Of a DNA stretch of 59,494 bases, positions 17,544 to 26,788 are shown piece after piece. A program made the position numbers and the translations under genes. The notes under the pieces were generated by a model. That model was not told where the DNA came from, made no database searches, and saw only the letters and a list, made by a program, of their open reading frames with translations. The DNA is from a virus (Duplodnaviria > Caudoviricetes), in the IMG/VR virus record IMGVR_UViG_3300017708_000345, positions 1-59,494 of that record; one strand, 5' to 3'. Position 1 is the stretch's first letter, and each line of letters begins with the position of its first letter.

Positions 17544-17910
17544 ATTCAAATCCAAACTGCTCTTCTATCTGACGGGCGAGTGCTTGCGGATCATTCATAC
17601 GCAAACGCTCAAGCTCACCAATTCTTTTCTCTCTCAGCTTTTCAAGCTCGCGCTCACGCTCATCAAAATCTTTTTGGAGATCACTTAGCATTCTCTTATA
17701 ATCTTCAATAAGCTCTCTCTTCTTTAATTCCTCACGCTCATGCGATTCCTTGATCACTGTGAGTTCTTGTTCGTGCCTCTCAATTGCAGCATCCATAGCC
17801 TCAATTAAAGACGCACGATCAAAATACCAGAATGCAGACATACCAGTAAGCATGACTGCGATAAGAATCTCTCTCCAATACTTTTGCAAAATCAACCAAA
17901 GAGGCATCAA
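17533..17910 (-). CDS. N-terminal TM plus coiled-coil protein (i-spanin/Rz-like?)
   Basis: KYWREILIAVMLTGMSAFWYF anchor followed by a highly charged helical region. Confidence 0.5.
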   Translation of the reverse strand: MMPLWLILQKYWREILIAVMLTGMSAFWYFDRASLIEAMDAAIERHEQELTVIKESHEREELKKRELIEDYKRMLSDLQKDFDERERELEKLREKRIGELERLRMNDPQALARQIEEQFGFEYVE

Positions 17911-18098
17911 GCCGCCTTAAGTTTTACGATAGCATCAATAACAGACTGACCGCCAAGGTAGAGGGCGGAAATAGTTACCCAATCACCACTGGTTAAGAAA
18001 CCACCAGCGGCCAAACCTGTTGCTGTGGTCCATACAAGAAGTTTTCTGGATAGAACTTTCTCTAATCCTTTATCAATAAAAGCTTTTGCCATTGTCAT
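17907..18098 (-). CDS. Small two-TM protein (holin-like)
   Basis: 63 aa with SRKLLVW..., two hydrophobic segments and YLGGQSVID; strong SD GGAGG. Confidence 0.55.
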   Translation of the reverse strand: MTMAKAFIDKGLEKVLSRKLLVWTTATGLAAGGFLTSGDWVTISALYLGGQSVIDAIVKLKAA

Positions 18099-18120
18099 TG
18101 TACCTCCAATGTTACAACTA

Positions 18121-18128
18121 TAAATAGT
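18121..18128 (-). promoter_or_regulatory. ACTATTTA motif upstream of the holin-like/terminase/portal operon
   Basis: 23 nt before ATG 18098, within the near-palindrome AACTATTTATAGTT. Confidence 0.65.
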
Positions 18129-21100
18129 TATTGATTCACAAAAGCGAATCCTTCTCTCTTAGAAATGTCTAGCGTTGTATCTACTACATCCTTGAGCGAA
18201 TCTAGGTGAGAGATAAGCAAAATTGTCTTAAAATAGCTCTTAATCATGTCTAAAAGCTGCGTGAAAGACTGCAAATGCTCTTCATCAAGTGCTGTACCCG
18301 GCTCGTCCAGAACCATAATGTCACCTGTAGGAAGGTTAGAGACTGCCAAGAACGCCAAGCGAATAGCCATAGCAGCCATTGTCTTCTCTGCGCCTGAGGC
18401 CATAGAAAGAGGGCGCGGATCATGCTGTGGATGCTTGATTAAAATATCAAGCTTGTTTCCGCTTTCCTCAAACAAAACCTCGAATGTAGTTAAGTTAGCC
18501 AAGACCTTTGCAACTTCTTGATTGATAACTGGAAGCTTCTTTTTGATAACATCGTAAGCAATACCGTTTGGATGCATACAACGCATGTAAAGATCGTAGG
18601 CTGCGAACTGTTCACGAAGTTCTTGATATTCGTCCTTTTGATCTTTAATATTTTGAACCTTTTGCTCAAGTGACCCAACTGATCTGTGATGCACTACAAT
18701 CTTACCTTCGCAGGTTTCCAAAGACTTTTGTGCCTCTGCAAGCTGACTGTTAAGGCCATCCTTCTCAGACAGTAGCGCCTCAAGGTTTTCAATTGCTTCT
18801 TTGTTATCTTCGTATGCCTGCTCTTTACTCCTAAGGTCTGTTAGCTCATTGGTCATACGATCAATTTTATTCTGACTGCGAGCAATCAACAATTCAGTAT
18901 TTGTGATCTCTCGTGAGGTTTCGTCCTTCTTGCGAGCCAAAGACTGGTATTGCTCTATTCTCTTCTTAGTCTCGTCATGCTTCATTGCCCTGTGTTCTTC
19001 AGAATAAATTGTAGCTTTTTCTTCTAGAGTTGGCTTCTTACTTAGGGCCTGCTCTGCTTCATGTAAGCACTTACATCCTTTAAGGAAACCCGGATCGTTA
19101 AGAGAAGCAACTTTATGATTTATACTTTCTAGTTCTCTGTTTAGCTCTGCAATTGTGAGGAGCAAATTGTTTGCTCTTTCGTTTTCTTTCTTAAGGTCTT
19201 CAATATCGTAGCTTTGCAAGAACTCCTCAATCTTGGAGACCAAGCTTTTCTTTTCTTCCAAAGTCTCTTTGTTCTCACTCAGGCTGTTACGAGATGACTG
19301 AAGATTATTTTCTCTGATCTGAATGCCCTTCTTAACTTCAACAATATTAATTATCTCTGCTGGAATGGAATCAATCTTTGCGTCAATCTTGGCTATTTCA
19401 GAAATAAATTCTTGGACTTCCTTGGTGAAGTCTCGGCACTTTGCTTCCTGAATGATAAGGTCTTTTTCTGCTTGATAAAGCTCGGTCTCTGCTTCTTTGA
19501 TCTCAGCATCGTGGTCACGTTGACCGATACGACGTAGGGCACCCTTTAGATCGGAGGAGTCTTCTTTTGCGAGTCTGAACTTCTTTTCGAAGATTTCAAG
19601 ATCGAGGAATTTCGCAAGAATCTTCTTCCTTTCTGTGCTGCCTTCCCTAATAAAGGAAAGACTATCCAACTGGCTAGACAAACTAGTGAGAAGGAAGTCA
19701 TCAAGAGTTCCGAAGACTTTTCTGATATTCTTGTCCGTATCGTTTCGCGTGAGGCCATTTAAACTTACCCTTTCTCCGTTCTTGTCGATCTTATAAAAGT
19801 CGAGTTCTGTTTTGGCTTCAAGCGTCTCTTCGCCTTTTAGTCTCTTTGTATACTTAGTTGAAGTTCTAGAAACATAATATTGCTCTTCGCCAATAGAAAT
19901 CATAACTTCACCAGTTCCCTCTTCTCGGTTCTGGTTAATAATGTTTACATTCTTTCTTTCGTTCTTTGAAGTTGTGTTGAAAAGAGTGAAAAGAAGAGAG
20001 TCAATAATAGACGACTTACCAGAGTAATTCTTTCCAAAGATACCAACGGTGCCATTCATATTATCAAAGTTGATTCTGTTGTCTTCTCCGTAGTTGAAAA
20101 GATTGCTCCACTGAAGCTCTCGAAGATTCCATTTAATGTTTCTAGAAATCTCTTCTGTTTCTTCTGCTTTCTGGATATACATGGCATTGAGATCAAGAAC
20201 TTTCTTCATCAGGTTCTCTTCTACTTGATAATCCGAAAGATACTCACGAATAAGCTCTTCTTGAACTGCCGGATCTCGCATGTTATCTTGGTTAATAGAA
20301 TCAGCAAGCTCTTCGACATTCCCCCGTTCGCCTGCTGCTCTGTTTAGGAAGGCAATGGTATCGGGCTTGAAGCGATGCTGAGCGACTTCTTTAGCCTTCC
20401 GCATAGCTTCAAGAGACAAATTGTTATTAGACACGAGCCTTAGCCTACAACCCTTTGGCACATTCAAGCCTCTGGGCATACGCCCGGTGGGGGTTAGATT
20501 GACTGTTATAAAAGGCTTGGGGTTGGGAATGACAACGTGCTCACAAATAAAGTCATCTTTACTCTGAATGTTCCAGAGCAAGAATCCTTTATCATTTGTC
20601 TCACCAAAGTTCTGTTGAACCGTGGAGCCCGGATACCTAATTCTTCCTTCGTGATCAATGATCTGGTTTGTTTTGTGAATATCACCCAAGAAAACATAAT
20701 CGAATGGTTGGAATACCTCGATTGGGTGATCTCCGTGAGTCATGGTCCAGCCAGTATCTGTCTTGACACCTGAGATGGCTCCATGATAAAGACCGATATT
20801 AATCTTGTCTTCATCAGTTGGTGCTACCCAGTTGTTTTCGTCAAACACTGATAGGACGTTTAGAACTACGTCATTGCCTACATCAACCTCTCCTGCACTC
20901 TTCAGTAGGTGCAGTTGGGAGTGGTTAAGGGCCTTGACAATTGGCGTAATTGCATCTTGTCGTCTTTCATTCTTTAGATTACCATCATGGTTTCCAAGAA
21001 TGATATAAGTCGGTGCAATATCCGCTAGATTTTGTAGGAAAGATGCCGCAAGATCAAAATACTCTGGCGACAACTGTGTTTTTGTGTGAGCCAAATCGCC

Positions 21101-21226
21101 ACAATGGACGATAAGGTCAACACTTTCTTCTCTTAGTCTATCGTAGATTTGTTCAAAAACCTGACGATATTCTCTGTGATATTTATAGTTTCGGACGTGC
21201 GTGTCCGCAATGTGTGCGATCTTCAA
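18128..21226 (-). CDS. Fused Mre11/SbcD nuclease and Rad50/SbcC ATPase (T4 gp47+gp46-like)
   Basis: N-terminal phosphoesterase motifs ADTH, GDLAH, GNHD, YHG and GDIH. Walker A GKNYSGKS, long coiled coil, signature ASGAE, Walker B/D-loop VLDEPGTALD and H-loop ISH. TTG start. Confidence 0.92.
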   Translation of the reverse strand: MKIAHIADTHVRNYKYHREYRQVFEQIYDRLREESVDLIVHCGDLAHTKTQLSPEYFDLAASFLQNLADIAPTYIILGNHDGNLKNERRQDAITPIVKALNHSQLHLLKSAGEVDVGNDVVLNVLSVFDENNWVAPTDEDKINIGLYHGAISGVKTDTGWTMTHGDHPIEVFQPFDYVFLGDIHKTNQIIDHEGRIRYPGSTVQQNFGETNDKGFLLWNIQSKDDFICEHVVIPNPKPFITVNLTPTGRMPRGLNVPKGCRLRLVSNNNLSLEAMRKAKEVAQHRFKPDTIAFLNRAAGERGNVEELADSINQDNMRDPAVQEELIREYLSDYQVEENLMKKVLDLNAMYIQKAEETEEISRNIKWNLRELQWSNLFNYGEDNRINFDNMNGTVGIFGKNYSGKSSIIDSLLFTLFNTTSKNERKNVNIINQNREEGTGEVMISIGEEQYYVSRTSTKYTKRLKGEETLEAKTELDFYKIDKNGERVSLNGLTRNDTDKNIRKVFGTLDDFLLTSLSSQLDSLSFIREGSTERKKILAKFLDLEIFEKKFRLAKEDSSDLKGALRRIGQRDHDAEIKEAETELYQAEKDLIIQEAKCRDFTKEVQEFISEIAKIDAKIDSIPAEIINIVEVKKGIQIRENNLQSSRNSLSENKETLEEKKSLVSKIEEFLQSYDIEDLKKENERANNLLLTIAELNRELESINHKVASLNDPGFLKGCKCLHEAEQALSKKPTLEEKATIYSEEHRAMKHDETKKRIEQYQSLARKKDETSREITNTELLIARSQNKIDRMTNELTDLRSKEQAYEDNKEAIENLEALLSEKDGLNSQLAEAQKSLETCEGKIVVHHRSVGSLEQKVQNIKDQKDEYQELREQFAAYDLYMRCMHPNGIAYDVIKKKLPVINQEVAKVLANLTTFEVLFEESGNKLDILIKHPQHDPRPLSMASGAEKTMAAMAIRLAFLAVSNLPTGDIMVLDEPGTALDEEHLQSFTQLLDMIKSYFKTILLISHLDSLKDVVDTTLDISKREGFAFVNQ

Positions 21227-21252
21227 GCTAACCCCTGCTCAGATATATAAAT

Positions 21253-21281
21253 AATATAACACATACAGTCAGATGTGTCAA
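21253..21281 (-). promoter_or_regulatory. Host sigma70-type promoter for the SbcCD fusion gene
   Basis: TTGACA (21281-21276), 17-nt spacer ending TGT, then TATATT (21258-21253); near-consensus with an extended -10, 27 nt before the TTG start. Confidence 0.8.
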
Positions 21282-21301
21282 GGATTATTTCTAAGCCAGT
21301 A

Positions 21302-21955
21302 TCACTCTTGACCTTGGTCAGCTTTGCCTGCTCGCATATCTCTAAGTCTTTGAATAAGGTGAACTAAAACCTTGTCCTTTTCAGAGTCTGTGAAATCTGA
21401 TGGATTTTCGGCTTGCACCAGTTCCAACATACCCACCATTAATCCAATAACTTCCTCAACATCATCCTGTGTTCTTAGAAAATTAGACAATCTAGTTTGG
21501 AATGCTTGCAATGTGTTTAAAGTGCTTTTTGGCATTTCACCAGCGGCTTCTTTTACAGGTCTCTTTGGAGACTGAGCAATAAGCTCTTGAAAATTTTCGA
21601 TGGCCTCGGCCTCTTTGGGCGCGGTGTTTTTAAGCTTTTTAAGTTCTCTTTCAAACTGATCCAAATTAAGCTTGCGTGCCTTTTCCTGATGAGCACGAGT
21701 AATCTCGTAGCCGCCCATGTTTTTAGCGGACTTGTCGCCAAAGTACGCTCCCGCCGCACCGGCAAGGACTGCTGGGGAGAGGTTTACTGCCATATCAACA
21801 AAGCTAAGAAGTATGATTGCGGTGTCGCTGAGTGTTGATGGGTCAATCCCAAGCATCCCTGACAGGCCACCAATCTCGTTTACCTGCTCTTTTTGTTTTG
21901 ATACATCAAGTTCTTCCTTGATGATTTGCTTTAGTCTTGCTTTTGTGATTTTCAT
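21302..21955 (-). CDS. Hypothetical protein, candidate internal head protein
   Basis: 217 aa; leader MKITKARLKQIIKEEL and a hydrophobic segment AIILLSFVDMAVNLSPAVLAGAAGAYFG; SD AGGAG. Confidence 0.6.
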   Translation of the reverse strand: MKITKARLKQIIKEELDVSKQKEQVNEIGGLSGMLGIDPSTLSDTAIILLSFVDMAVNLSPAVLAGAAGAYFGDKSAKNMGGYEITRAHQEKARKLNLDQFERELKKLKNTAPKEAEAIENFQELIAQSPKRPVKEAAGEMPKSTLNTLQAFQTRLSNFLRTQDDVEEVIGLMVGMLELVQAENPSDFTDSEKDKVLVHLIQRLRDMRAGKADQGQE

Positions 21956-21976
21956 AATAATTAAACTCCTAAACGG

Positions 21977-22906
21977 CTACAGCGCCATTAACCTCTCCAA
22001 TAAATAGTTGTCTTTGCCTATAATGGATGCATTTTCTTTTCTTTGAAGAAAAACCTCTTTTGTCATTTCTCCAACATCTTCATAATCTGAAGTATCAATT
22101 TTATACACTGGAATATTGTAAGAAATCAAGAGGTTTGCTATCTTTCTTTCCTTGTCAGCAGCATCGGAGTCAAGAGCTAAATAAACCTTTTGTTTTGACT
22201 TTACAATAGCCTCGAACAACTTGCTTGTTGGTCGAAGTGTCGAGCCAAGAAGCGGAATGCCGTTTCCTGCTTTAATTGCATCAAACACGCCTTCAACAAT
22301 TACAATGTCCTGACCCCAGTCCACATAAAGTTCATTGAAAACAATATTCCGACTCACGGGAGGATTTTTGTACCGTGGCCACTCTTTGCCACATGAACGG
22401 GCAACATAATAGTTGGCCCATCCATCCCTGCTGAAAGAAGGAATAATCACACGACCTGCCCAATCACCTTCGTTGCAAAACCCAATCTTCCACTTCAGAA
22501 TATCCTCTTTACCAATCCCTCGTTTAGAAAGGTATCTCAGAGCGTCTTGAGAGCCCTCAGGAGGCGTTCGGGCCGCAAGGCTATAGAACCCTTCGGGAAG
22601 ACTCACGCGCTGCTCTAGGGGCATCTCAGGCTCCGAAAACAGGAAATCAAAGTCTGTTATCTCAACCTGATCTTCCCACTTGGACCATTCGTCCCTAGTT
22701 TGGCGATCACCATACTTTCGAACAACATATCCAATATCTCTGCCAGACTTATCACAAATCCAGCATTTGAACACGCCTTTCTCAATATTAACAGAGAACT
22801 TTCTTTTATGATGCTTGCAAAAAGGACAATGGAAAAGCACCTCTCCACCTGAAGAGTACGGCCTTCCCAGAACTTCTTTTAAGACTTTAAGTTTTTCTGC
22901 TCGCAT
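21977..22906 (-). CDS. DNA primase (DnaG-type, CHC2 zinc-binding plus TOPRIM)
   Basis: CPFC-x-H...FKCWIC zinc motif, RVIIP, RYKNP and TOPRIM motifs IVEGVFD and LALDSDA. Confidence 0.92.
   Translation of the reverse strand: MRAEKLKVLKEVLGRPYSSGGEVLFHCPFCKHHKRKFSVNIEKGVFKCWICDKSGRDIGYVVRKYGDRQTRDEWSKWEDQVEITDFDFLFSEPEMPLEQRVSLPEGFYSLAARTPPEGSQDALRYLSKRGIGKEDILKWKIGFCNEGDWAGRVIIPSFSRDGWANYYVARSCGKEWPRYKNPPVSRNIVFNELYVDWGQDIVIVEGVFDAIKAGNGIPLLGSTLRPTSKLFEAIVKSKQKVYLALDSDAADKERKIANLLISYNIPVYKIDTSDYEDVGEMTKEVFLQRKENASIIGKDNYLLERLMAL
22001..22008 (-). promoter_or_regulatory. ACTATTTA motif in the primase 3' end, upstream of the 217-aa gene
   Basis: 46 nt before ATG 21955. Lies in coding sequence (NYL), so less certain. 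Confidence 0.45.
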
Positions 22907-23409
22907 ACAACCCCCGCTTTGGCAATCACAATAGAGTCTGCTTTATCATATGACTCAGGCTTTGGATTTCCATTACGAGTATACTCTATCACGAAACCGG
23001 GTTGGTTGTCAAGTAAAAATTTCAAGACGACTGGCTTAGCCTTTTCGCCTCTTGGGATTTTAATGCCGCATAACTTTCGAGCCGACGTTGCTGCAATATA
23101 TTCCGGCGTAACCTTGTATTGGTCGTATATAAACCAAGATACAATCCCATTAAATCGAGAAAGAGTCGAAAGCGTTTTAGCAGATGAAAAGCCTGAACGG
23201 AACGATTGTAGCGACTGTTCAATATAAACTGCCTTAATCTCGCCTCCGTATTGGTTATATATTTGTTTAAGACCTTCACAAACAACCTCTGCTTTCTTAA
23301 AAAAATCTTTATATTTTCTTGTGTCCCAAGCTCCATTGAGAATCATCTTATCATCATCAAAGATGGTATAACCAGTTATGCTGGTCGAAACGTCTAAACC
23401 AAGTATCAT
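22879..23409 (-). CDS. RuvC-like Holliday junction resolvase
   Basis: ILGLDVSTSITG, VYIEQ and DKADSIVIA give the RNase H-fold D/E/D-xx-D catalytic set. Confidence 0.85.
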   Translation of the reverse strand: MILGLDVSTSITGYTIFDDDKMILNGAWDTRKYKDFFKKAEVVCEGLKQIYNQYGGEIKAVYIEQSLQSFRSGFSSAKTLSTLSRFNGIVSWFIYDQYKVTPEYIAATSARKLCGIKIPRGEKAKPVVLKFLLDNQPGFVIEYTRNGNPKPESYDKADSIVIAKAGVVCEQKNLKS

Positions 23410-23414
23410 ATATA

Positions 23415-24662
23415 CTATATATCCATTTTAAGCTTGAATGTCAAGTCTCTTTCTTCAGTTTTCTTGACAGGCTTCGCCACTGAGGCAATTCCAATGAGCC
23501 GTTTACTCTCGTCGTAGATCCCAACTTTTGTAATATAAGTTGTCTTTTTTAAACTTCCTGTAGGATCGGCGTAGGATGCAGAGCTTATATTCTTAATTGT
23601 TAGCTCACGCTCACTGTAAAGGTAAGATGCTGTGACAGGATTATAAGATGCTGTGTTTACTTGGTACTCAATGTAAGTTGGGTTGTTAGAATAATTTAGT
23701 TCGCCTCTGTCAGCATGAGCCAGCATTGTCACATTAGGGACTCTCTGTGTCCCTGCGAATTGAAGGTCATACGAAGCAGATCCGTTAGTTACGCTTGAAC
23801 CTCCGGCAACTTGGTCGTTCGCGCCAAGTGCAAATCGAATCCATCTTGGATTTGAGTTTGTTGCAACTGTACTATCATATCTATCATTTAAAGTCGGACC
23901 TGAGTCTAGATCCCAAGATCCTGTCAAAATGACGAACCCTTCATTATAAAGAACAACACCTGCGATCTGTCCGTCTTGAGCAGAAGAGTAAGCTCCTGAT
24001 TCTTGTATCAGTGCTCCGTTATATCTGCTATCTCGTAGACGGGCAGCAAGAGTTCCAGTAATATAAAAGTCAAGCTGAACTGACCCCTTCTTGATCTCGG
24101 AACCATAAAAGATTGATGGAATCTTAATAAAGTTAGTATCGACACTGGAGCCTGATGGGAAGTCGTAATGTTGGCCCAGCCTCTTAGCATAATCTAAACT
24201 ATTCCTAATCGCACTACCTGTAAGGCTTACGTCGTTGAAACCCTCTGAGGCGGGAAATAATTGCCTAACAATACTTGCTGATAGCTGGTAACTACCAGTA
24301 ATAATGTCACCAAGATCAAAGTCATTGGTGTACTGAAGTCTTGTATAGTTCTTAGGTGCCAAGCCCTGACTTGTCTTAGGAACCCAAGGAAAAATCACCC
24401 CAGTATCAGGAACATTCTTGGCTGCTGTTGAAGAAGACACTCCAATAACGCGCCCAGTGTCCGATGCAACACGGTCAACATTGAGTTCGAGCAAACTGAC
24501 ATGACCTACAGGAACGCCCGGAGTGTTATCGACAAAAGCACCGGGCTGTTCTGAGGTGTTATTCAGATAAATTTTAGAGTCGTATATGAAAAAGGAGCTA
24601 CTAGGATGTGTTTTAATGCTGTTGTAAAATACATCGCCCGCTCCAAACTTATAGAGAGGCAT
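23415..24662 (-). CDS. Virion structural protein (tail/baseplate), paralog of the next gene
   Basis: Shares IKKGS, GxxxYxxG, NYSxNPTY and YITxVGxY...LIGIAxVxKPxKK with 24673..25821; the C-terminus resembles the tail-collar (DUF3751-type) end. Confidence 0.6.
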   Translation of the reverse strand: MPLYKFGAGDVFYNSIKTHPSSSFFIYDSKIYLNNTSEQPGAFVDNTPGVPVGHVSLLELNVDRVASDTGRVIGVSSSTAAKNVPDTGVIFPWVPKTSQGLAPKNYTRLQYTNDFDLGDIITGSYQLSASIVRQLFPASEGFNDVSLTGSAIRNSLDYAKRLGQHYDFPSGSSVDTNFIKIPSIFYGSEIKKGSVQLDFYITGTLAARLRDSRYNGALIQESGAYSSAQDGQIAGVVLYNEGFVILTGSWDLDSGPTLNDRYDSTVATNSNPRWIRFALGANDQVAGGSSVTNGSASYDLQFAGTQRVPNVTMLAHADRGELNYSNNPTYIEYQVNTASYNPVTASYLYSERELTIKNISSASYADPTGSLKKTTYITKVGIYDESKRLIGIASVAKPVKKTEERDLTFKLKMDI

Positions 24663-24672
24663 AACACACCTC

Positions 24673-25821
24673 CTAGTAGTCTAGTCTTACTCTAAGCGTG
24701 ATCTCGTTTGTGGGATCCTTCTTAAGTGGCTCGGAAAGCTTAGCAACGGCCAAAAGCTCGTTGTCAGCAGAGTAGAGGCCGACAGTTGTGATATAGCTCA
24801 CAGGAGTGTCGCTTGCTCTGGTCTTCACGCGAATCTCACTTGCGCTAAGGTAAGTTGGGTTTGAGCTATAGTTGAAGTCGTTGTGCCCAACACGGCAGAA
24901 GTAAATTGTTGAATTCAATTCAGTGGTGTTGTTGTAAGCAATATCGTATGTTCTGTTTCTTAGGCCATCAGCCATCTGGGAGATCGTAGCACCAGTCACA
25001 GCAGGGGTAAAGCCGACAGTTGTAGCATCCCCGAGATTAACAATCTTAGGATCATTTACAAATGTGGCAGTTTTTAGCACGCCGCCATCTGAAGCCTGAG
25101 TGAAGATAGAAGCCGAAACAACTGCTACACCAGCCTGATAGTAAAGCAAGCCAACCGCTGGGTTTGTTGCAGCATTTCCTAGTACCTCACCTTCTAGCTG
25201 GGCACCATGAGTTCCTGCCGATGTGGAAGCAAAGAGAACACCGTACTCACCCGCTGGAGAGTCTACATAGTAACCGTTCGAGCCGCTAGTATCTGTTAAC
25301 TTAATTCTATCGGAGAAGGTAGTTCCTGTCTCAACAAAAGTAGATGTACCTGAGACTGCAAGCTCCAGTCTAAATGAACCTTTCTTGACCTCATCTTTGG
25401 TCAAGAGGCGTGCAAACGGAATGAAATAGCAGTCTTTCATGATACTATCATCAGTTGGCAAGGTAAACTTCTTAATGCTACCAGTTGTATCATACCCAAC
25501 GAGGTACTGAGCCATCTGGTTATAAATGTTTGCCTTTTTAGCATTCTGAGTGGTTGCTGATCCTGAGCCTTGTGCGCCATTCGCGAGACCAACTGCAATA
25601 TCAAAGATATGGTTTGCAGATGAGGAAAGGTAAGGATAATCATATACAGACTCAAACATGCCGTGACCGTAAGTCTTAATGTTCGGATCTGAGCTTAAAT
25701 CTACGGTGCTTACTCCGTAAGTACCAGAAACAAGGGAGCCAGTAATTGGGATGGCCTCGTGAAGAAGCGTCCTTGTATTAGCAATGTCGTTACTCAAAAA
25801 ATTCTTGAATGTTGTAGCCAT
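24673..25821 (-). CDS. Virion structural protein (tail/baseplate)
   Basis: C-terminal FNYSSNPTY...YITTVGLYSADNELLAVAKLSEPLKKD...LRVRLDY; Ser/Thr/Gly-rich. Confidence 0.6.
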   Translation of the reverse strand: MATTFKNFLSNDIANTRTLLHEAIPITGSLVSGTYGVSTVDLSSDPNIKTYGHGMFESVYDYPYLSSSANHIFDIAVGLANGAQGSGSATTQNAKKANIYNQMAQYLVGYDTTGSIKKFTLPTDDSIMKDCYFIPFARLLTKDEVKKGSFRLELAVSGTSTFVETGTTFSDRIKLTDTSGSNGYYVDSPAGEYGVLFASTSAGTHGAQLEGEVLGNAATNPAVGLLYYQAGVAVVSASIFTQASDGGVLKTATFVNDPKIVNLGDATTVGFTPAVTGATISQMADGLRNRTYDIAYNNTTELNSTIYFCRVGHNDFNYSSNPTYLSASEIRVKTRASDTPVSYITTVGLYSADNELLAVAKLSEPLKKDPTNEITLRVRLDY

Positions 25822-25837
25822 GTTGTTATCCTATCCT

Positions 25838-26761
25838 TTATGCCTTCTTCACGAACTTAACTGGAATGTCAATTCTATATCCTGTGTTGACGCCAGTTAG
25901 TCTAATGTTTGAACTAATAACCTTGAAGCTGTTTGAACCGGTCTTGCCGGTAAAGTCTTCAGTTGTTCCAATTGTATCAAAAAGATAATCGCTAGTGTTT
26001 AGTTCCAGAGAAGCTTGAACCTTGAATACAATTCTTGTACCTCTTGGGCCAGCAATAGCTTGTTGAGCACTGTTGCTAGAATCGGTAATATCGTTAACAT
26101 ACTCAGAATCAGTTCCTCGTGAGAGGTAGTATGTTGCAATAGAGTCATCATCGACAAAAGAAACGGATGCTCTGTTTGAGTCGTCTCGTGAAACAACACT
26201 TCCTAGTCTGTTATCCATCTCCACCATATACTGAGTCTCGACGAGAAGCGGGTCAAGAGTGCGACCGGGGGAAATCTGAGTAGTATCTAAGCCCTGATCC
26301 ACTCGAATGCGGTTTCCGCCTCGACTTGGAGTCTCGCCCATCAAGACACCATCAATAGAAACACCGGCTGACGTGACTTCCAACTCAGTCTCGGAGGCAT
26401 CATCTACGGCAATAAGGAATGTATCATCTGTAAAACGCTTGGTAGAAGCGTCAAAAACTTCGTTTAACTTAAGGGTTGGCAAGAAAAGTAGATTGTTTCT
26501 TGGAATAGAAATAAGTTTAGACTTCATGCTCGCAGCGTTATCTGTGAACGCTTCGAGAACGGGAGTCTGTAGAATGCTTAGATCGTAATAAGCAGATCCA
26601 CTTGCATTGTTCTTATCATAAAGTTCATAGTTAATCTCATCGTCTCCAAGAGCGAACTTCACAATCTTGAAAGAACCGTCACCTCGGGCGAGTCTCATTC
26701 GGCCCGTGTCTGTAAGAACCGCGTCGAGAATAATGTCGCCCGAATTATCTAAAAATGCCAT
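25838..26761 (-). CDS. Virion structural protein (tail/baseplate)
   Basis: N-terminal ILDAVLTDTGRMRLARG...IVKFALGDDEINY resembles the tail-collar N-terminus; SD AGGAG plus upstream motif. Confidence 0.6.
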   Translation of the reverse strand: MAFLDNSGDIILDAVLTDTGRMRLARGDGSFKIVKFALGDDEINYELYDKNNASGSAYYDLSILQTPVLEAFTDNAASMKSKLISIPRNNLLFLPTLKLNEVFDASTKRFTDDTFLIAVDDASETELEVTSAGVSIDGVLMGETPSRGGNRIRVDQGLDTTQISPGRTLDPLLVETQYMVEMDNRLGSVVSRDDSNRASVSFVDDDSIATYYLSRGTDSEYVNDITDSSNSAQQAIAGPRGTRIVFKVQASLELNTSDYLFDTIGTTEDFTGKTGSNSFKVISSNIRLTGVNTGYRIDIPVKFVKKA

Positions 26762-26788
26762 ACTTGCTTCTCCTAAAAGATACTATAA

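Noticed and set aside
18119-21253. Exact T4 late box TATAAATA on the + strand (18119-18126, 21246-21253) driving + strand genes
   Set aside because: No credible + strand genes lie downstream; better explained as the reverse complement of the minus-strand motif. Antisense transcription is not excluded.
12609-22906. Inteins or introns in terminase, portal, primase or SbcCD
   Set aside because: Motif spacing is normal, with no C/S...HN-C/S/T intein ends or LAGLIDADG blocks; the portal's extra length is a low-complexity tail.
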